This document shows, in pieces, positions 49,577-59,828 of a DNA stretch of 64,000 bases (position 1 is the stretch's first letter; every line of letters begins with the position of its first letter). The DNA lies in assembly GCA_044450645.1 (NCBI GenBank), contig JBIOJG010000015.1:39512-103511 (forward strand). Reading direction: 5' to 3'. The DNA comes from Candidatus Binatia bacterium. Lineage in GTDB: Bacteria; Desulfobacterota; Binatia; HRBIN30. The position numbers and the translations under genes are program-made. The notes below the pieces were generated by a model. It had not been told where the DNA came from. It saw only the letters and a list, made by a program, of their open reading frames with translations, and ran no database searches.

Positions 49577-50737
49577 TTACAAGTGGCTGGTGAGATCAGT
49601 CAACACTTTCCCCGCCTCGAAGTGCTGTTCCGCAATCTCACGCGCCGCTTGAGCGTTGGCCTCGTAGTCGGACGCGATGGAGGTGACAGCACGGATCGCG
49701 TCGTCGAGTGTTCGTACCGCGAACAGACCTTTGCCGGTTGGCAAGACACGTCCGAAGCCTGTGTCCTGGGTCACCACGGGGCGTCCCGCCGCGAGATAGC
49801 ATGCGCTGCGGTCGCTGAACCAACCGCTCGCCAGGCGTACGTTGAGATCCTTGGCGACGGTGAATTCGCCCTTGGAGCTTCGGATGAAGTCCCGATACGT
49901 CAACACATCGTGTGACACCGCAACCGGATCGGTGATCTCCCACCCATGCTCTCGCAATAACTCGGCGTCGTCGGGGGTCTTGTCGACGTCCATTGCCATC
50001 GCAAATGATTCGCCGCTGTGTTCCGGAAGTTCGAGGAACGTCATCCATTCCGTTCGCTTGCTCCACGAGTATGCCTGACCCTGGAAACGGACGTCGCGGC
50101 GGCGTTCGTCCCAGCGTCCGATGGTGGTGAATGGCGCCCGCACATCGGCCGGCAAAGGCGGCCAGAATGCCAGGGCGATCGGCTGGCGTGTCGGCTGCCA
50201 GGCGAAGCGGTCGGTGGGGATGGCACAGCCCGGCGAGCCGATGTTCTCGCCAATGGTGAAGTGCAGATCGTGCTCCGCCAGCAACTCGCACAAGCTCGGA
50301 TCACCTTCCGCCACCTGGATCTGCGTGAAGGCCGGATCGATATCGATGAAGATCTTTACCTGCTTCGGGCGGCGCGGCAGGCGGTTGACCGGCGCGAGCG
50401 TGATCACCGCGCCGGCATCGTTCAGGAGCGCATCGGTCTCGGCACGGCTGAGGCCGGAATGCCGATCCTGGTGTGCATCCCAGAACACCCACCGATCCCC
50501 GAATCCGAAGCGCTGGAACAAATCCGCTGCAAACGCGATGCCCGCATCCGGAGGGACGTGCATGTTGCCGGTGAGCGGATCGAAGCAGTCGCCGTAGTAG
50601 GCGGTGTCCTCATAGAAGTACGGATCAAATCCGATGGCGCGCAACCCGAGCAGATAGTGCAAGACCTGCCAGGCGTAGCCGCCGAGCGGACACCGCACCA
50701 GATAGCCGGCGAGAACGATCTTGTCTGCGTGTCTCAC
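49577..50737 (-). CDS. Uncharacterised GT-B-like (glycosyltransferase-like) protein, tandem paralog A
   Basis: Homologous over its full length to the two upstream genes. N-terminal Rossmann-like KIVLAGY…PLGG. C-terminal GWFSDRSACYLAAGRPVVTQDTG resembles the GT1/CgeB-type nucleotide-sugar-binding motif. Inferred GTG start at 50737 overlapping the upstream stop (GTGA). The 200-aa N-terminal extension in the ORF track was rejected. Confidence 0.6.
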   Translation of the reverse strand: MRHADKIVLAGYLVRCPLGGYAWQVLHYLLGLRAIGFDPYFYEDTAYYGDCFDPLTGNMHVPPDAGIAFAADLFQRFGFGDRWVFWDAHQDRHSGLSRAETDALLNDAGAVITLAPVNRLPRRPKQVKIFIDIDPAFTQIQVAEGDPSLCELLAEHDLHFTIGENIGSPGCAIPTDRFAWQPTRQPIALAFWPPLPADVRAPFTTIGRWDERRRDVRFQGQAYSWSKRTEWMTFLELPEHSGESFAMAMDVDKTPDDAELLREHGWEITDPVAVSHDVLTYRDFIRSSKGEFTVAKDLNVRLASGWFSDRSACYLAAGRPVVTQDTGFGRVLPTGKGLFAVRTLDDAIRAVTSIASDYEANAQAAREIAEQHFEAGKVLTDLTSHL

Positions 50738-51888
50738 AGCCCCGCCAGTTGCGCCAAGCGGCTGAGTACGCGGCGGGCATCCAGGTGCTCGCGGGCGAAG
50801 ACGCGTGCGGCAGTCGCCTGTCGCGCGTAATCGTGCTCGACCCGCTCCAGCGCCTCGGCTGCGCTTTCGAGGTCGGTGAAGGTCAGCAAGCCCGTGCCCG
50901 TCGGCACATACGAACCGATGCCGGTGTCCTGCATGATCACCGGGCGCCCGGCGGCGAGATAACAGGCGCTGCGGTCGCTGAACCACCCGGTGCGGCCGGC
51001 GGCATAGCCGTGCTTGACTACGGTGAACTCGCCGCGCGAGCCGCGGAGGTATGCGCGGTACGTGTCCGGCGTTGCGCAGTGCTGCCGCGGTGTGACCAGA
51101 CGCCAGCCGTTTCCCTCCAGCTTGCCGTAGTCGGGCTCGTTGGGGTGAATCGCGAGGCATAGTTCCAAGGGAACCGACACCCGGCGCGGGAGCTCGATGA
51201 TACGCATGAACTCCTCCGCCTTCTGACCGTACCACTCGCCCTTCCACTCCACGGGACTGTATCCGCGCCAGTCGGCCACGGTGGTGTACGCTGGGCCTGC
51301 GGGTGCCGTCGTGGCCCACTCGTCGAGTACGACAGGAGGTAAAGTTGTCTGCCAGCGGATGCCACAGGTTGGCAGCGGACAGTCCGGTGCGCCCAGATTC
51401 AACCCGACGGTGACGTGCACGTCGTGACCCGCCAGGTTCATGTCCACACCGTACTGCTCCTGCCAGATCTGAACGAAACCAGGGTCGAGATCCAAATACA
51501 TCCGGCGGCGCACCGCGCTCAGGACGGAGGTGAGGTGGAAGCGCCCAGAGCCGTTGATCAGTAGATCAGTGTCGCGCGCCAGGGTCTCGACCTCCGAACG
51601 TGTCAAGCCGACAGAGCCGGCGCCCTCCCATTCCAGTAGGGCGGCGTGATCGCTGAGGTTGAAACGCTCCATTACGTGGCGGAAAAAGCGGGCGTTCGCC
51701 GAAGTGGCGAAGGGTGCCGGCTTCCAGTCGTCGTCGATGCAGTGTTGCGCATCGATATGCTCGACGTAGTACGTGTCAAAGCCCAGCTGCCGGAATCCGA
51801 GGACATACTGCAGAAACGCCCACGCGTTGCCGGCACCCCCCAGCGGATGGGATGCGACGGCGCCGGCGATCATGATGCGCTTGGCCAT
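50734..51888 (-). CDS. Uncharacterised GT-B-like protein, tandem paralog B
   Basis: MAKRIMIAGAVASHPLGGAG … GWFSDRSACYLAAGRPVIMQDTG. ATG at 51888. 384 aa. Confidence 0.65.
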   Translation of the reverse strand: MAKRIMIAGAVASHPLGGAGNAWAFLQYVLGFRQLGFDTYYVEHIDAQHCIDDDWKPAPFATSANARFFRHVMERFNLSDHAALLEWEGAGSVGLTRSEVETLARDTDLLINGSGRFHLTSVLSAVRRRMYLDLDPGFVQIWQEQYGVDMNLAGHDVHVTVGLNLGAPDCPLPTCGIRWQTTLPPVVLDEWATTAPAGPAYTTVADWRGYSPVEWKGEWYGQKAEEFMRIIELPRRVSVPLELCLAIHPNEPDYGKLEGNGWRLVTPRQHCATPDTYRAYLRGSRGEFTVVKHGYAAGRTGWFSDRSACYLAAGRPVIMQDTGIGSYVPTGTGLLTFTDLESAAEALERVEHDYARQATAARVFAREHLDARRVLSRLAQLAGL

Positions 51889-51939
51889 TATGCCCTTGTT
51901 TTTGTGCTCTTTTCTCTCGTCCTCTGCGAGAGGACGCGA

Positions 51940-53109
51940 TTAGACGCCGGCATCATTCAAGAGTCGTTGTAGCACTACTTCGGCAGTAAATTCCCGCTCG
52001 GCGACGGCACGCGCCGCTTCGCAATGGTGCCGGTAATTGGTTTCAATGTTCTCGATCGCGGCAACGGCTTCGTCGATTGTGCTGAAGGCGCACAAGCCCT
52101 CACCCGTCGGATAGTAGCGGCGGAACCCGGTATCTTGCACCACCACCGGTTTGCCGAGCGCGAGGTAGGCGGCGCTGCGCGTACTGAACCAACCGCTGCG
52201 CGAGGCGACGTAGGCGTTCTTGGCGATGCTCCACTCGCCCCGTGAGCCACGGAGGAAATTGCGGTATGCGTCGAGGGTCGAGGAGTGCTCGTAGGCATCG
52301 AGTATCTGCCAGCCGTGCCGCTGCAGTTGGGCGCGAGGGGCGACACCGGAGAGCGCGATCTGCAGCGGCACGCATACGCGCGAGGGGAGGTCGATGAACT
52401 TCATGAACTCGATGTCCTTGCCGCCATACCTGATGCCGGAAAGGTTCGGCAACGTCACGTCGGTTTTCCACGACATCACCGTGGTGTAGCTGCGCGCATC
52501 CGCATCGAACGTGAACGGCCAATCCTCCAGCACGATCGGCTGCCGGGTCGGCTTCCAGTCGAGGCCGCAGCCGGGGATGGCACAACTCGAATCGTTGATG
52601 TTTTCGGCGAAGGTGAAGAAGCAGTTGTGGGCGCGGATCAGCCCCACGGAATATGCCTGATCCTCGGTTGCCGTGCCTTGCTCGACCGCGAGGAGCTTTG
52701 CCTGGCTGTAGCAGGGATCGCTGTCTAGGTACGCGATCCGCCGCGCGCCCCGATAGGCTTCGCGTAACCAACATGCGCCCGACAGGTTCAGGAAGAGATC
52801 CGCGCCAGAGCAAAAGTGCTCAACCTGGGCCAGTGTGGCGCCGTGGTACGCACCGTCCGGGGCGCGCAGCGACCAGCGGTCACGCATGTCTTCTCCAGCG
52901 CGCGCCAGAGTTGCCGCCACATGCGCGACGTTGAAGCTCACATCAGCGGTGAAGGTGTTGGCGCGCGGGTCGTATAGCCACTGCCCGGTATCCTCGAGGT
53001 AGAACACCTCGTGTCCGAGCCGACGGAAGCCACTGACGTAGGCGAGATAATCCCAGCCGACGCCTCCAAGAGGATAGCTCGCGATCAGGCCGGTCACGAC
53101 GATCTTCAT
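51940..53109 (-). CDS. Uncharacterised GT-B-like protein, tandem paralog C
   Basis: MKIVVTGLIASYPLGGVG … GWFSTRSAAYLALGKPVVVQDTG. AAGGAGG RBS immediately upstream of ATG 53109. The extension in the ORF track was rejected. Confidence 0.65.
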   Translation of the reverse strand: MKIVVTGLIASYPLGGVGWDYLAYVSGFRRLGHEVFYLEDTGQWLYDPRANTFTADVSFNVAHVAATLARAGEDMRDRWSLRAPDGAYHGATLAQVEHFCSGADLFLNLSGACWLREAYRGARRIAYLDSDPCYSQAKLLAVEQGTATEDQAYSVGLIRAHNCFFTFAENINDSSCAIPGCGLDWKPTRQPIVLEDWPFTFDADARSYTTVMSWKTDVTLPNLSGIRYGGKDIEFMKFIDLPSRVCVPLQIALSGVAPRAQLQRHGWQILDAYEHSSTLDAYRNFLRGSRGEWSIAKNAYVASRSGWFSTRSAAYLALGKPVVVQDTGFRRYYPTGEGLCAFSTIDEAVAAIENIETNYRHHCEAARAVAEREFTAEVVLQRLLNDAGV

Positions 53110-53171
53110 GACGCCTCCTTTGTGGACAGACGTCGCTCTGGTGTCAAACGCGTGGGGGGAAAATGGCTGGC

Positions 53172-54833
53172 CTACATGTTGACTTCGTCGCTGGGTGCAT
53201 AGATACGAACCACAACGCCGAGTTGCGCGAAGCTCCTCTCGCGTAGCACGGCCAGCGACGGCTCCGCTGCTATGCGGGTCACCGTCCACTGGTTGCGCTC
53301 GTTGAACATCCGATAATCGCGCGTGTAGTAGCGCGAGGTGGGCAGGACCTGCAGGGTTACGACATACGATGAGTACGGCGCGGGCTGAATTTCGCCGTGT
53401 TCGCGGTGCAACGCGAACACCAGATTGAAATAATCAGGTGGCAGCTCATTGGCGTATCCAGCGATATACACGGGCTTCGACAGGTCGATGGAGTTCGCCA
53501 CGTAATCCACCACCGTGCGTGGCGCCTCGGCATCCGGCGGCGGAAGCTGTCGGGGCCAGGTTTCGACGTCGTAATTGAACCACGTGTCGCGGAAATCTAC
53601 CTGGTTGAACATTGGACTCTTCATGCTGTAGGCTCCGACCGCATACACATAATCGGGCAGGCGGAGCATATCGACCAACAGCTTCGTCCCGAGTACCAGG
53701 GCGAGCGCCACCAGCACGGCGCGCCGCATGTGGGTCGTACTCCAACTCCGGAGCACCCGGACCCATCTCATCAGCACGTAAGCGGCGAGCGCAAAGAGCA
53801 ACGGGACGACCGTGAAGATGAACCGTTCCTGCATGTTTCCCGAGTGAATGAGGCCGAGGAGCAGATTGAGTGCGACGCACAACCACAGGAAACGGACTCT
53901 GAAATCAGCGAAATACTTCGGTGCCGCTATGAGGGAGGACAGTAAAAGGATTCCGGTGATGATGGACGGGCTGTACATCAACGCAATCGCTCGCGGGTAG
54001 AAAAGCAGCCGCTGGCTCCAATCGGTCATGCCACTGGTAACCGTCCACGGATTCGAAAGAACGGCTAGAAACGCCGGCAGTCTGTCGGTTGGCAGAAAGA
54101 TCCAAGATTCGAGGGCAAGGACGAAGGGAATGTACAAGTACGCATAGGCCAACAGAATCCGTTTGCGTTCTCGGCCGCCGACGAGATGCACGATCGCTTC
54201 GACAGCGATGGCGCCAGCGACCAACACTCCATAATTGTACTTGACCATCGTCAGCGCAAACAGCGCGAGCGAGGTCAAGAGGTAACCTGCCACCCTTCCG
54301 TTGATTCTGGCACGACAGTAGAGGCTGACTGCCAAGAGCGTGAACGCCGCGCCAATCGCTTCTCGCATGGCGACGGCGCCGTACAGCAGCATGAATGGAG
54401 AGGACAGATACAACAAGGAGCTCAGCACCCCGGCGGCAGTTCCCCCGAGGACTGTTGCCAGCGCCGCCAGCATCACGTTGCCGAGAATGAACCAGAAAAG
54501 ATTCAGGACTCGTGCCCCCTCGATCGAGAAACCTACCGGGACGAAGGGGATGCCGAACAGCCACGAGGGGAGGGGCGGATAGCCGAACTGCTCCTCCGTG
54601 GCACGCCATAGAGTGGAGATGGAGCCAGACCGCGCTGCGCCGTATATGGAATAAGCCGACATGAGATACTGCGATTCGTCCCACGCGACGTTGGCGCGGG
54701 GGACGTACAGCCGTGCGATGGCAACCGCAACCAGGGTTGAAGCGAGTATCGAGATCAGGAGCGACGCTGCGCGTCGGCGACCGCTGGGTGTTGCTGGCGT
54801 CTCCGCCTGTTCCTGCTCGTTCCGTCGTTCCAT
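53172..54833 (-). CDS. GT-C fold integral-membrane glycosyltransferase (ArnT/PMT-like)
   Basis: ~11 TM helices. First-loop acidic motif (NVAWDESQY). Large C-terminal extracytoplasmic domain. This architecture is typical of the GT39/GT83 families. Confidence 0.6.
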   Translation of the reverse strand: MERRNEQEQAETPATPSGRRRAASLLISILASTLVAVAIARLYVPRANVAWDESQYLMSAYSIYGAARSGSISTLWRATEEQFGYPPLPSWLFGIPFVPVGFSIEGARVLNLFWFILGNVMLAALATVLGGTAAGVLSSLLYLSSPFMLLYGAVAMREAIGAAFTLLAVSLYCRARINGRVAGYLLTSLALFALTMVKYNYGVLVAGAIAVEAIVHLVGGRERKRILLAYAYLYIPFVLALESWIFLPTDRLPAFLAVLSNPWTVTSGMTDWSQRLLFYPRAIALMYSPSIITGILLLSSLIAAPKYFADFRVRFLWLCVALNLLLGLIHSGNMQERFIFTVVPLLFALAAYVLMRWVRVLRSWSTTHMRRAVLVALALVLGTKLLVDMLRLPDYVYAVGAYSMKSPMFNQVDFRDTWFNYDVETWPRQLPPPDAEAPRTVVDYVANSIDLSKPVYIAGYANELPPDYFNLVFALHREHGEIQPAPYSSYVVTLQVLPTSRYYTRDYRMFNERNQWTVTRIAAEPSLAVLRERSFAQLGVVVRIYAPSDEVNM

Positions 54834-55042
54834 TCAATGGCGCGCGGCGGCGCCGGCGACCGAACTGCGAGGCATGCGCAATGTTCCATCCGCGCTTCCT
54901 GATGACGGCTGTGACGTTACAACCTTACCAAAGATGTCGCGCTCGCTGAGCGCCCTCTTGTTGACGGTTTCCACAGACGTCCTGTTGACAGTGGGGTCCT
55001 ACCGGACGGAGCCATCAACTGTCAACGTCCAGGAGCCTACAA

Positions 55043-55380
55043 ATGAACGTGCTATCGACCGAAAAGCAGGTCCGCATCATCGCCGCCCTGAGCGAAGGTA
55101 CCAGGATCCGCGCCACCAAAACGCCTGATCGACACTTACTGCGACGCGATCATGCGGCTCGGCGTCCGTATGAGAGAAGGTTGCGCCCGACTACATGATC
55201 AGCTATTCCATAATTTACAAATCGGTCTGTTAGAGCCTAACGAGGTATGGTCGTTCATCAAGAAGAAGCAAAAGCGCGTTGGCGAGAATAACCCAGCCTA
55301 TTGTGGCGACCGCTACACCACGCGCCCGGGCCCGCGAGGGTTCCAGCTTAGAGTTATTCGCGGCGGGAAGTGATCGGGCG
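55043..55380 (+). pseudogene. IS1-family transposase remnant (frameshifted, truncated)
   Basis: MNVLSTEKQVRIIAALSEGTRIRAT… matches the conserved N-terminus of single-ORF IS1-family transposases. A downstream frame (55152–55373) carries a degraded LQ..E.WSFIKKKQK motif (cf. DEMWSFVGKK). Frames are broken and the length is about half of an intact gene. The surrounding DNA is lower in GC. Confidence 0.55.
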
Positions 55381-56139
55381 ATGAAGGTCAAGGACGTTGA
55401 CACCGGTTGGCTATTCGAGGCAAAAGGAGTGCGGAAGGGGTGTGCGATGGGCGGTAGGACTGCGATTCGACAGGCATGGCCGGTGCCGTCCATCACCAAG
55501 CCACGGCGCGGGTACCAGCCACTATCTTCAGTCTGGTATGGCGAGGATGACGCCCAACTGCTTGAACAAATGCTCTCCTTTTATCCTCACAAGCGGCCGC
55601 GCCGGATTCTCGACGCGACCGTAAATGGCGGTCGTTTCTGGCGTGCCAGCAGCCGGCGCGTTATCGGCCTCGACATCGAGCGCAAACACCGACCGACCAT
55701 TGTCGCCGATAACTCCGCGATGCCGTTGCGCGGGAAGGCATTTGACGTGGTGGTGTACGACCCGCCGCACATTCCGAACCAGGGGCGCGACAACCAGAAG
55801 GACTTCAATACGCGGTTCGGGCTTGGTGCGCGCTCGCCAAAGGAGCATGGCTACAGCTTCGCGCATACCTACCCGGCCTTCCTGCATGAGGCGTGGCGCG
55901 TGCTGAAAGTTGATGGCCTGCTGCTCTGCAAGATCGCCGACTATGTCCACAATCACCGGTACCAGTGGGCGCATGTCGACCTGATTCAGGCGGCCCGCGA
56001 GGTCGGCTTTTTGCCCTGTGACTGTATCGTGAAGGCTCGCAAGGGGCCGATCGTCGACCCGAAGTGGAAGCACGCGCACCACAGCCGCCGGCAACATTGC
56101 TACTGGTTGGTCTTCAGGAAGTCTGACCGGTGTGAATAG
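55381..56139 (+). CDS. Putative nucleic-acid (DNA?) methyltransferase with DPPH motif
   Basis: RILDATVNGGRFW (motif I-like) followed by FDVVVYDPPH (motif IV-like D/N-PP-Y/F/H). ATG at 55381 chosen; the upstream part of the ORF-track ORF overlaps the IS remnant. Confidence 0.45.
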   Translation: MKVKDVDTGWLFEAKGVRKGCAMGGRTAIRQAWPVPSITKPRRGYQPLSSVWYGEDDAQLLEQMLSFYPHKRPRRILDATVNGGRFWRASSRRVIGLDIERKHRPTIVADNSAMPLRGKAFDVVVYDPPHIPNQGRDNQKDFNTRFGLGARSPKEHGYSFAHTYPAFLHEAWRVLKVDGLLLCKIADYVHNHRYQWAHVDLIQAAREVGFLPCDCIVKARKGPIVDPKWKHAHHSRRQHCYWLVFRKSDRCE

Positions 56140-56800
56140 GGAGGTCTGTGCGCCGCTCCCGTTCCCATTCAAGCAGAAGCCGGCAATCGGCAATGCGTAG
56201 GCCGCGAACTGAGCATTTGCCGTCCGACCCATCAAAGTGAACGCGGAAGACGGGCTGCCCATTGCGGAGAACCGTAGCGCCGAGGCTCTGACGACCCTCG
56301 CGTTTTCCCACGGGCTCGGGGGTGCAATCGGAAATGAGCTTGAGCAACGCGACGGGAATCTCAACCAATTGGTAGACGAGAACACGCGGCTGCCAGATCG
56401 TCCGAAACATCAGGATCACATCGTAGCGGCCCAAATGCCCGAGAACGCGTTCTTTCAAGGTTTCTGCGTCCCAGGGCTCTCGCTCGGTCGTACAGAGCTT
56501 CGTAATGGTGATCGAGTCGCGCCGTGTTCCGATCCCCGTCTCAGTCTTCAGTGAGATACGGGTCTTTCCGACCAGGAGATCATGCCGCGGCGCGTTGCGG
56601 CCACCGGCCTCGACAAGCGAGAATGGTTTCTTAATCTCGTTGAAGGTCTTTTCAACCAGCGCCTCGAAGTAGATGCCTTGCGGTGGCACCGTCGGATAGA
56701 TCGAATGGTGCACGTCAACGGAGTGCTGCAAGACATACAAAAACCCGCGATCAAAAATGCCGCGCGTCCTACCTTGCGCTGGCGTCGCTCTTCTTGCCAC
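56114..56800 (-). CDS. Hypothetical protein convergent with the methyltransferase (possible restriction endonuclease partner; unverified)
   Basis: 228-codon ORF with only a GTG start at 56800 (first ATG far downstream). No recognisable nuclease motif. The call rests only on position next to the MTase and IS remnant. Confidence 0.25.
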   Translation of the reverse strand: MARRATPAQGRTRGIFDRGFLYVLQHSVDVHHSIYPTVPPQGIYFEALVEKTFNEIKKPFSLVEAGGRNAPRHDLLVGKTRISLKTETGIGTRRDSITITKLCTTEREPWDAETLKERVLGHLGRYDVILMFRTIWQPRVLVYQLVEIPVALLKLISDCTPEPVGKREGRQSLGATVLRNGQPVFRVHFDGSDGKCSVRGLRIADCRLLLEWERERRTDLPIHTGQTS

Positions 56801-56964
56801 AGCGGGCGCATGCTAAACCACAGGACGGGCGGAAGGTCAAAGGGCCAGGCTCGAATACCAGTATCTAATTCGTAATTCGGACAAGTACCCGCGTCCGGGC
56901 GGAGTGTGGACCGGAGCTGCTGCCAGATGCGCGGCGTTGAATCTCACCGCTCACTGCACGCCGT

Positions 56965-57708
56965 TCAGTTCCGTCGGCGACGTCCGCCAAACACGGCCAG
57001 CTCGAACACCTTGAAGTAGCAGTCGACATCTTCGAAGCCGCAGTCGCGCAGCCACTCACACTGCGACTCGACGGGCGCCAGGATGTTGGCGGCCTTGTCC
57101 GGCCGGCGAACGAATTCCTCGGCGACTTGTGCACGCGTCCTCTCCGAGCCCTGCTGCGCCTGGAAAGCGTGCAGTGAATCGATAAGGAGCTCTTCGTTGA
57201 TCGTTCCAATCCACGCCGTGCGGGAGGCCACGTGCTCCACGTTGATGAACATGCCACCCGGTGCCAGCGCGGCGAGGATCTCCCGGTACAGTTCGCGCTT
57301 GCGTTGATCCGGTAGGTGATGGATCGCGTACCCGGAGACCACGACGTCAAAGGGTGCGCGGCTGACGACGGCACGAACCCACTCGGGTGTGCCGAGGTCG
57401 GCGACGATGAAGTCCGGAGAGGGATCGTGGTTGCCCAACTGCTTGCGTGCTTCGTCGAGCATGGGTTGGGAGAAGTCTACCAAGGTGCAGCGCGCCTGCG
57501 GATGGCGCGCAAGGATGGCTCGGGCGAGCACGCCGCTGCCGCACCCCAGGTCGGCGACGCGGGTGACCGGGAGCCCCCGCGCTTCGATCACACGCAGCAT
57601 CGCCTCGATCTGTTCCGCGGCGAGCGGGATCCCGCCGCGCACCCCGTCCAGGAAGGTCCGGACCAACGCGGCATTCTTCCAAATCTCTTCTGCTCGTGTC
57701 GTTGTCAT
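56965..57708 (-). CDS. Class I SAM-dependent methyltransferase
   Basis: Motif [13 protein letters not shown]. Motif post-I LVDFS. Motif II/III region ([13 protein letters not shown] … LAPGGMF). Confidence 0.8.
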   Translation of the reverse strand: MTTTRAEEIWKNAALVRTFLDGVRGGIPLAAEQIEAMLRVIEARGLPVTRVADLGCGSGVLARAILARHPQARCTLVDFSQPMLDEARKQLGNHDPSPDFIVADLGTPEWVRAVVSRAPFDVVVSGYAIHHLPDQRKRELYREILAALAPGGMFINVEHVASRTAWIGTINEELLIDSLHAFQAQQGSERTRAQVAEEFVRRPDKAANILAPVESQCEWLRDCGFEDVDCYFKVFELAVFGGRRRRN

Positions 57709-57917
57709 TCTCTTTGGGGCTCGCCTGCGAGCACAATCCGGCGTTTCGGCAGCGGGGTCAAGCGGGTTTGCGTCTCAGGGGCAGTGGGATCGTTCCTGAC
57801 GTGCTCCCAGGGCCAGACCGCAGTCGTACACCCGACGCTCAGCGTGCCTGCTTGCCGATCGTCGTGAGACTGGCGCCGCTGTTGTCGCAACGGCGGCATT
57901 ATGGCTACATTAGACCC

Positions 57918-59789
57918 ATGAACTCCTACCGTAGCCGCATTACGACGCATGGCCGCAACATGGCCGGTGCGCGCGCGCTGTGGCGCGCCACCGGCATGAC
58001 GGACGCGGATTTCAACAAACCCATCATTGCCATCGCCAACAGCTTCACCCAGTTCGTTCCGGGGCACGTGCACCTGCACGACGTTGGGCAGCGGGTCAAG
58101 AAGGTGATCGATGCCGCGGGAGGATATGGCGTCGAGTTCAACACCATTGCGGTGGATGACGGCATCGCCATGGGGCACGGCGGCATGTTGTACTCGCTGC
58201 CGAGCCGCGACCTGATCGCCGACAGCGTCGAGTACATGGTACAAGCGCATGTGGCCGACGCCCTGGTGTGCATCTCGAACTGCGACAAGATTACGCCGGG
58301 TATGCTCATGGCCGCCATGCGGCTCAATATCCCGGCAATCTTCGTCTCCGGCGGTCCGATGGAAGCGGGAACCTCCACGGGCACGCATGATGCGCACGGG
58401 CAGCCGCTCAAGCTGGACCTGATCGATGCCATGGTGGCGGCAGGCGACGCTACGGTCACCGATCAACGGCTGCTCGAACTGGAACGCTCCGCCTGTCCGA
58501 CCTGCGGGTCGTGCTCGGGCATGTTCACCGCCAACAGCATGAATTGCCTCAACGAGGCCATCGGGCTCGCGCTGCCCGGGAACGGCACGGTGCTCGCCAC
58601 CCACAAGGATCGCTGGCAGTTGTTCGAAGAGGCCGGGCGGCAGATCGTGGCGCTGGCCCGGCGCTACTACGTCGATGGCGACAGCAGCGTGCTGCCGCGC
58701 AGCGTCGCCACCCTCGAGGCGTTCGAGAATGCCATGACGCTCGACATCGCCATGGGCGGCTCGACCAACACCGTCCTGCATCTGCTCGCCATCGCGCACG
58801 AGGCCGGCGTGCCGTTCACCATGCAGGACATCGATCGGCTGTCGCGCCGCGTCCCCAACATCTGCAAGGTGGCGCCGTCCTCCAGCTATCACGTCGAGGA
58901 CGTCAACCGCGCCGGCGGCATTTTCACCATCCTGGGCGCGCTCGATCGCGCCGGGCTGATCCACCGCGAGGTGCGCACCGTGCACGCCGCCACTGTGGGA
59001 GAGGCCATCGATACGAACGACATCCGCCGGCCCACCGCCAGCGCGACGGCGCAGCGTCGAGCGTTGGCGGCGCCCGGCGGGGTGCAGACGACGGTGGCGT
59101 TCTCGCAGGACAAGTACTACGCCGAGCCCGATACCGATGCCGCCGCCGGTTGCATCCGTGACGTCGAGCGCGCGTACAGCGCCGACGGAGGATTGGCGGT
59201 TCTGTACGGCAATCTCGCCGAGGACGGCTGCATCGTGAAGACCGCGGGAGTGGACAAATCGATCTGGCATTTCGAAGGCCCAGCGCGCATCTTCCACTCA
59301 CAGGAAGAGGCGTGCGAAGCGATTCTGGGCGACCGCATCAAAGCCGGCGACATTGTGGTGATTCGCTACGAAGGTCCCAAAGGTGGCCCGGGAATGCAGG
59401 AGATGCTGTACCCGACTTCGTACATCAAGTCGAAGAATCTCGGGAAGGTGTGCGCCTTGATTACCGATGGCCGCTTCAGCGGCGGCACCTCGGGGCTGAG
59501 CCTCGGCCACGTCTCCCCCGAAGCGGCCGAAGGTGGAGCCATCGGGCTGATCGAGGAAGGCGATCGCATCCGCATCGACATCCCCAACCGCCGCGTCGAT
59601 CTGCTGGTGGAACCGCGGACACTCAAAGCCCGACGGGTGGAGATGCTTGGACGCGGCGCCCAGGCGTGGAAGCCGACGGGTCGCACCCGCAAGGTATCGG
59701 GCGCGCTGCAGGCGTACGCGCTGTTGACCACCAGCGCGGCGCGCGGCGCCGTCCGCGACCTGGAGCAGGTTGCCGACCGGCGGAAATAG
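57918..59789 (+). CDS. ilvD: Dihydroxy-acid dehydratase
   Basis: [27 protein letters not shown] … [12 protein letters not shown] … [2Fe-2S]/[4Fe-4S] Cys ligands ([16 protein letters not shown]) … C-terminal [26 protein letters not shown] at 57918; the upstream extension was rejected. Confidence 0.9.
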   Translation: MNSYRSRITTHGRNMAGARALWRATGMTDADFNKPIIAIANSFTQFVPGHVHLHDVGQRVKKVIDAAGGYGVEFNTIAVDDGIAMGHGGMLYSLPSRDLIADSVEYMVQAHVADALVCISNCDKITPGMLMAAMRLNIPAIFVSGGPMEAGTSTGTHDAHGQPLKLDLIDAMVAAGDATVTDQRLLELERSACPTCGSCSGMFTANSMNCLNEAIGLALPGNGTVLATHKDRWQLFEEAGRQIVALARRYYVDGDSSVLPRSVATLEAFENAMTLDIAMGGSTNTVLHLLAIAHEAGVPFTMQDIDRLSRRVPNICKVAPSSSYHVEDVNRAGGIFTILGALDRAGLIHREVRTVHAATVGEAIDTNDIRRPTASATAQRRALAAPGGVQTTVAFSQDKYYAEPDTDAAAGCIRDVERAYSADGGLAVLYGNLAEDGCIVKTAGVDKSIWHFEGPARIFHSQEEACEAILGDRIKAGDIVVIRYEGPKGGPGMQEMLYPTSYIKSKNLGKVCALITDGRFSGGTSGLSLGHVSPEAAEGGAIGLIEEGDRIRIDIPNRRVDLLVEPRTLKARRVEMLGRGAQAWKPTGRTRKVSGALQAYALLTTSAARGAVRDLEQVADRRK

Positions 59790-59828
59790 TGTGCCGCCGG
59801 TGTCGCCGTGCCGGTTGCTCACTCCGTG

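Noticed and set aside
50738-51319. N-terminal 194 codons of ORF 49577–51319
   Set aside because: This part overlaps paralog B in another frame and is Arg/Pro-rich nonsense. Homology to paralogs B and C begins exactly at the GTG at 50737, which overlaps B's stop.
56830-56900. tRNA-like fragment (…GGCCAGGCTCGAATACCAG…) as possible integration-site remnant near the lower-GC islet
   Set aside because: No acceptor or T-stem pairing could be built, and GTTCGAATC-type T-loop conservation is absent. Probably coincidental.
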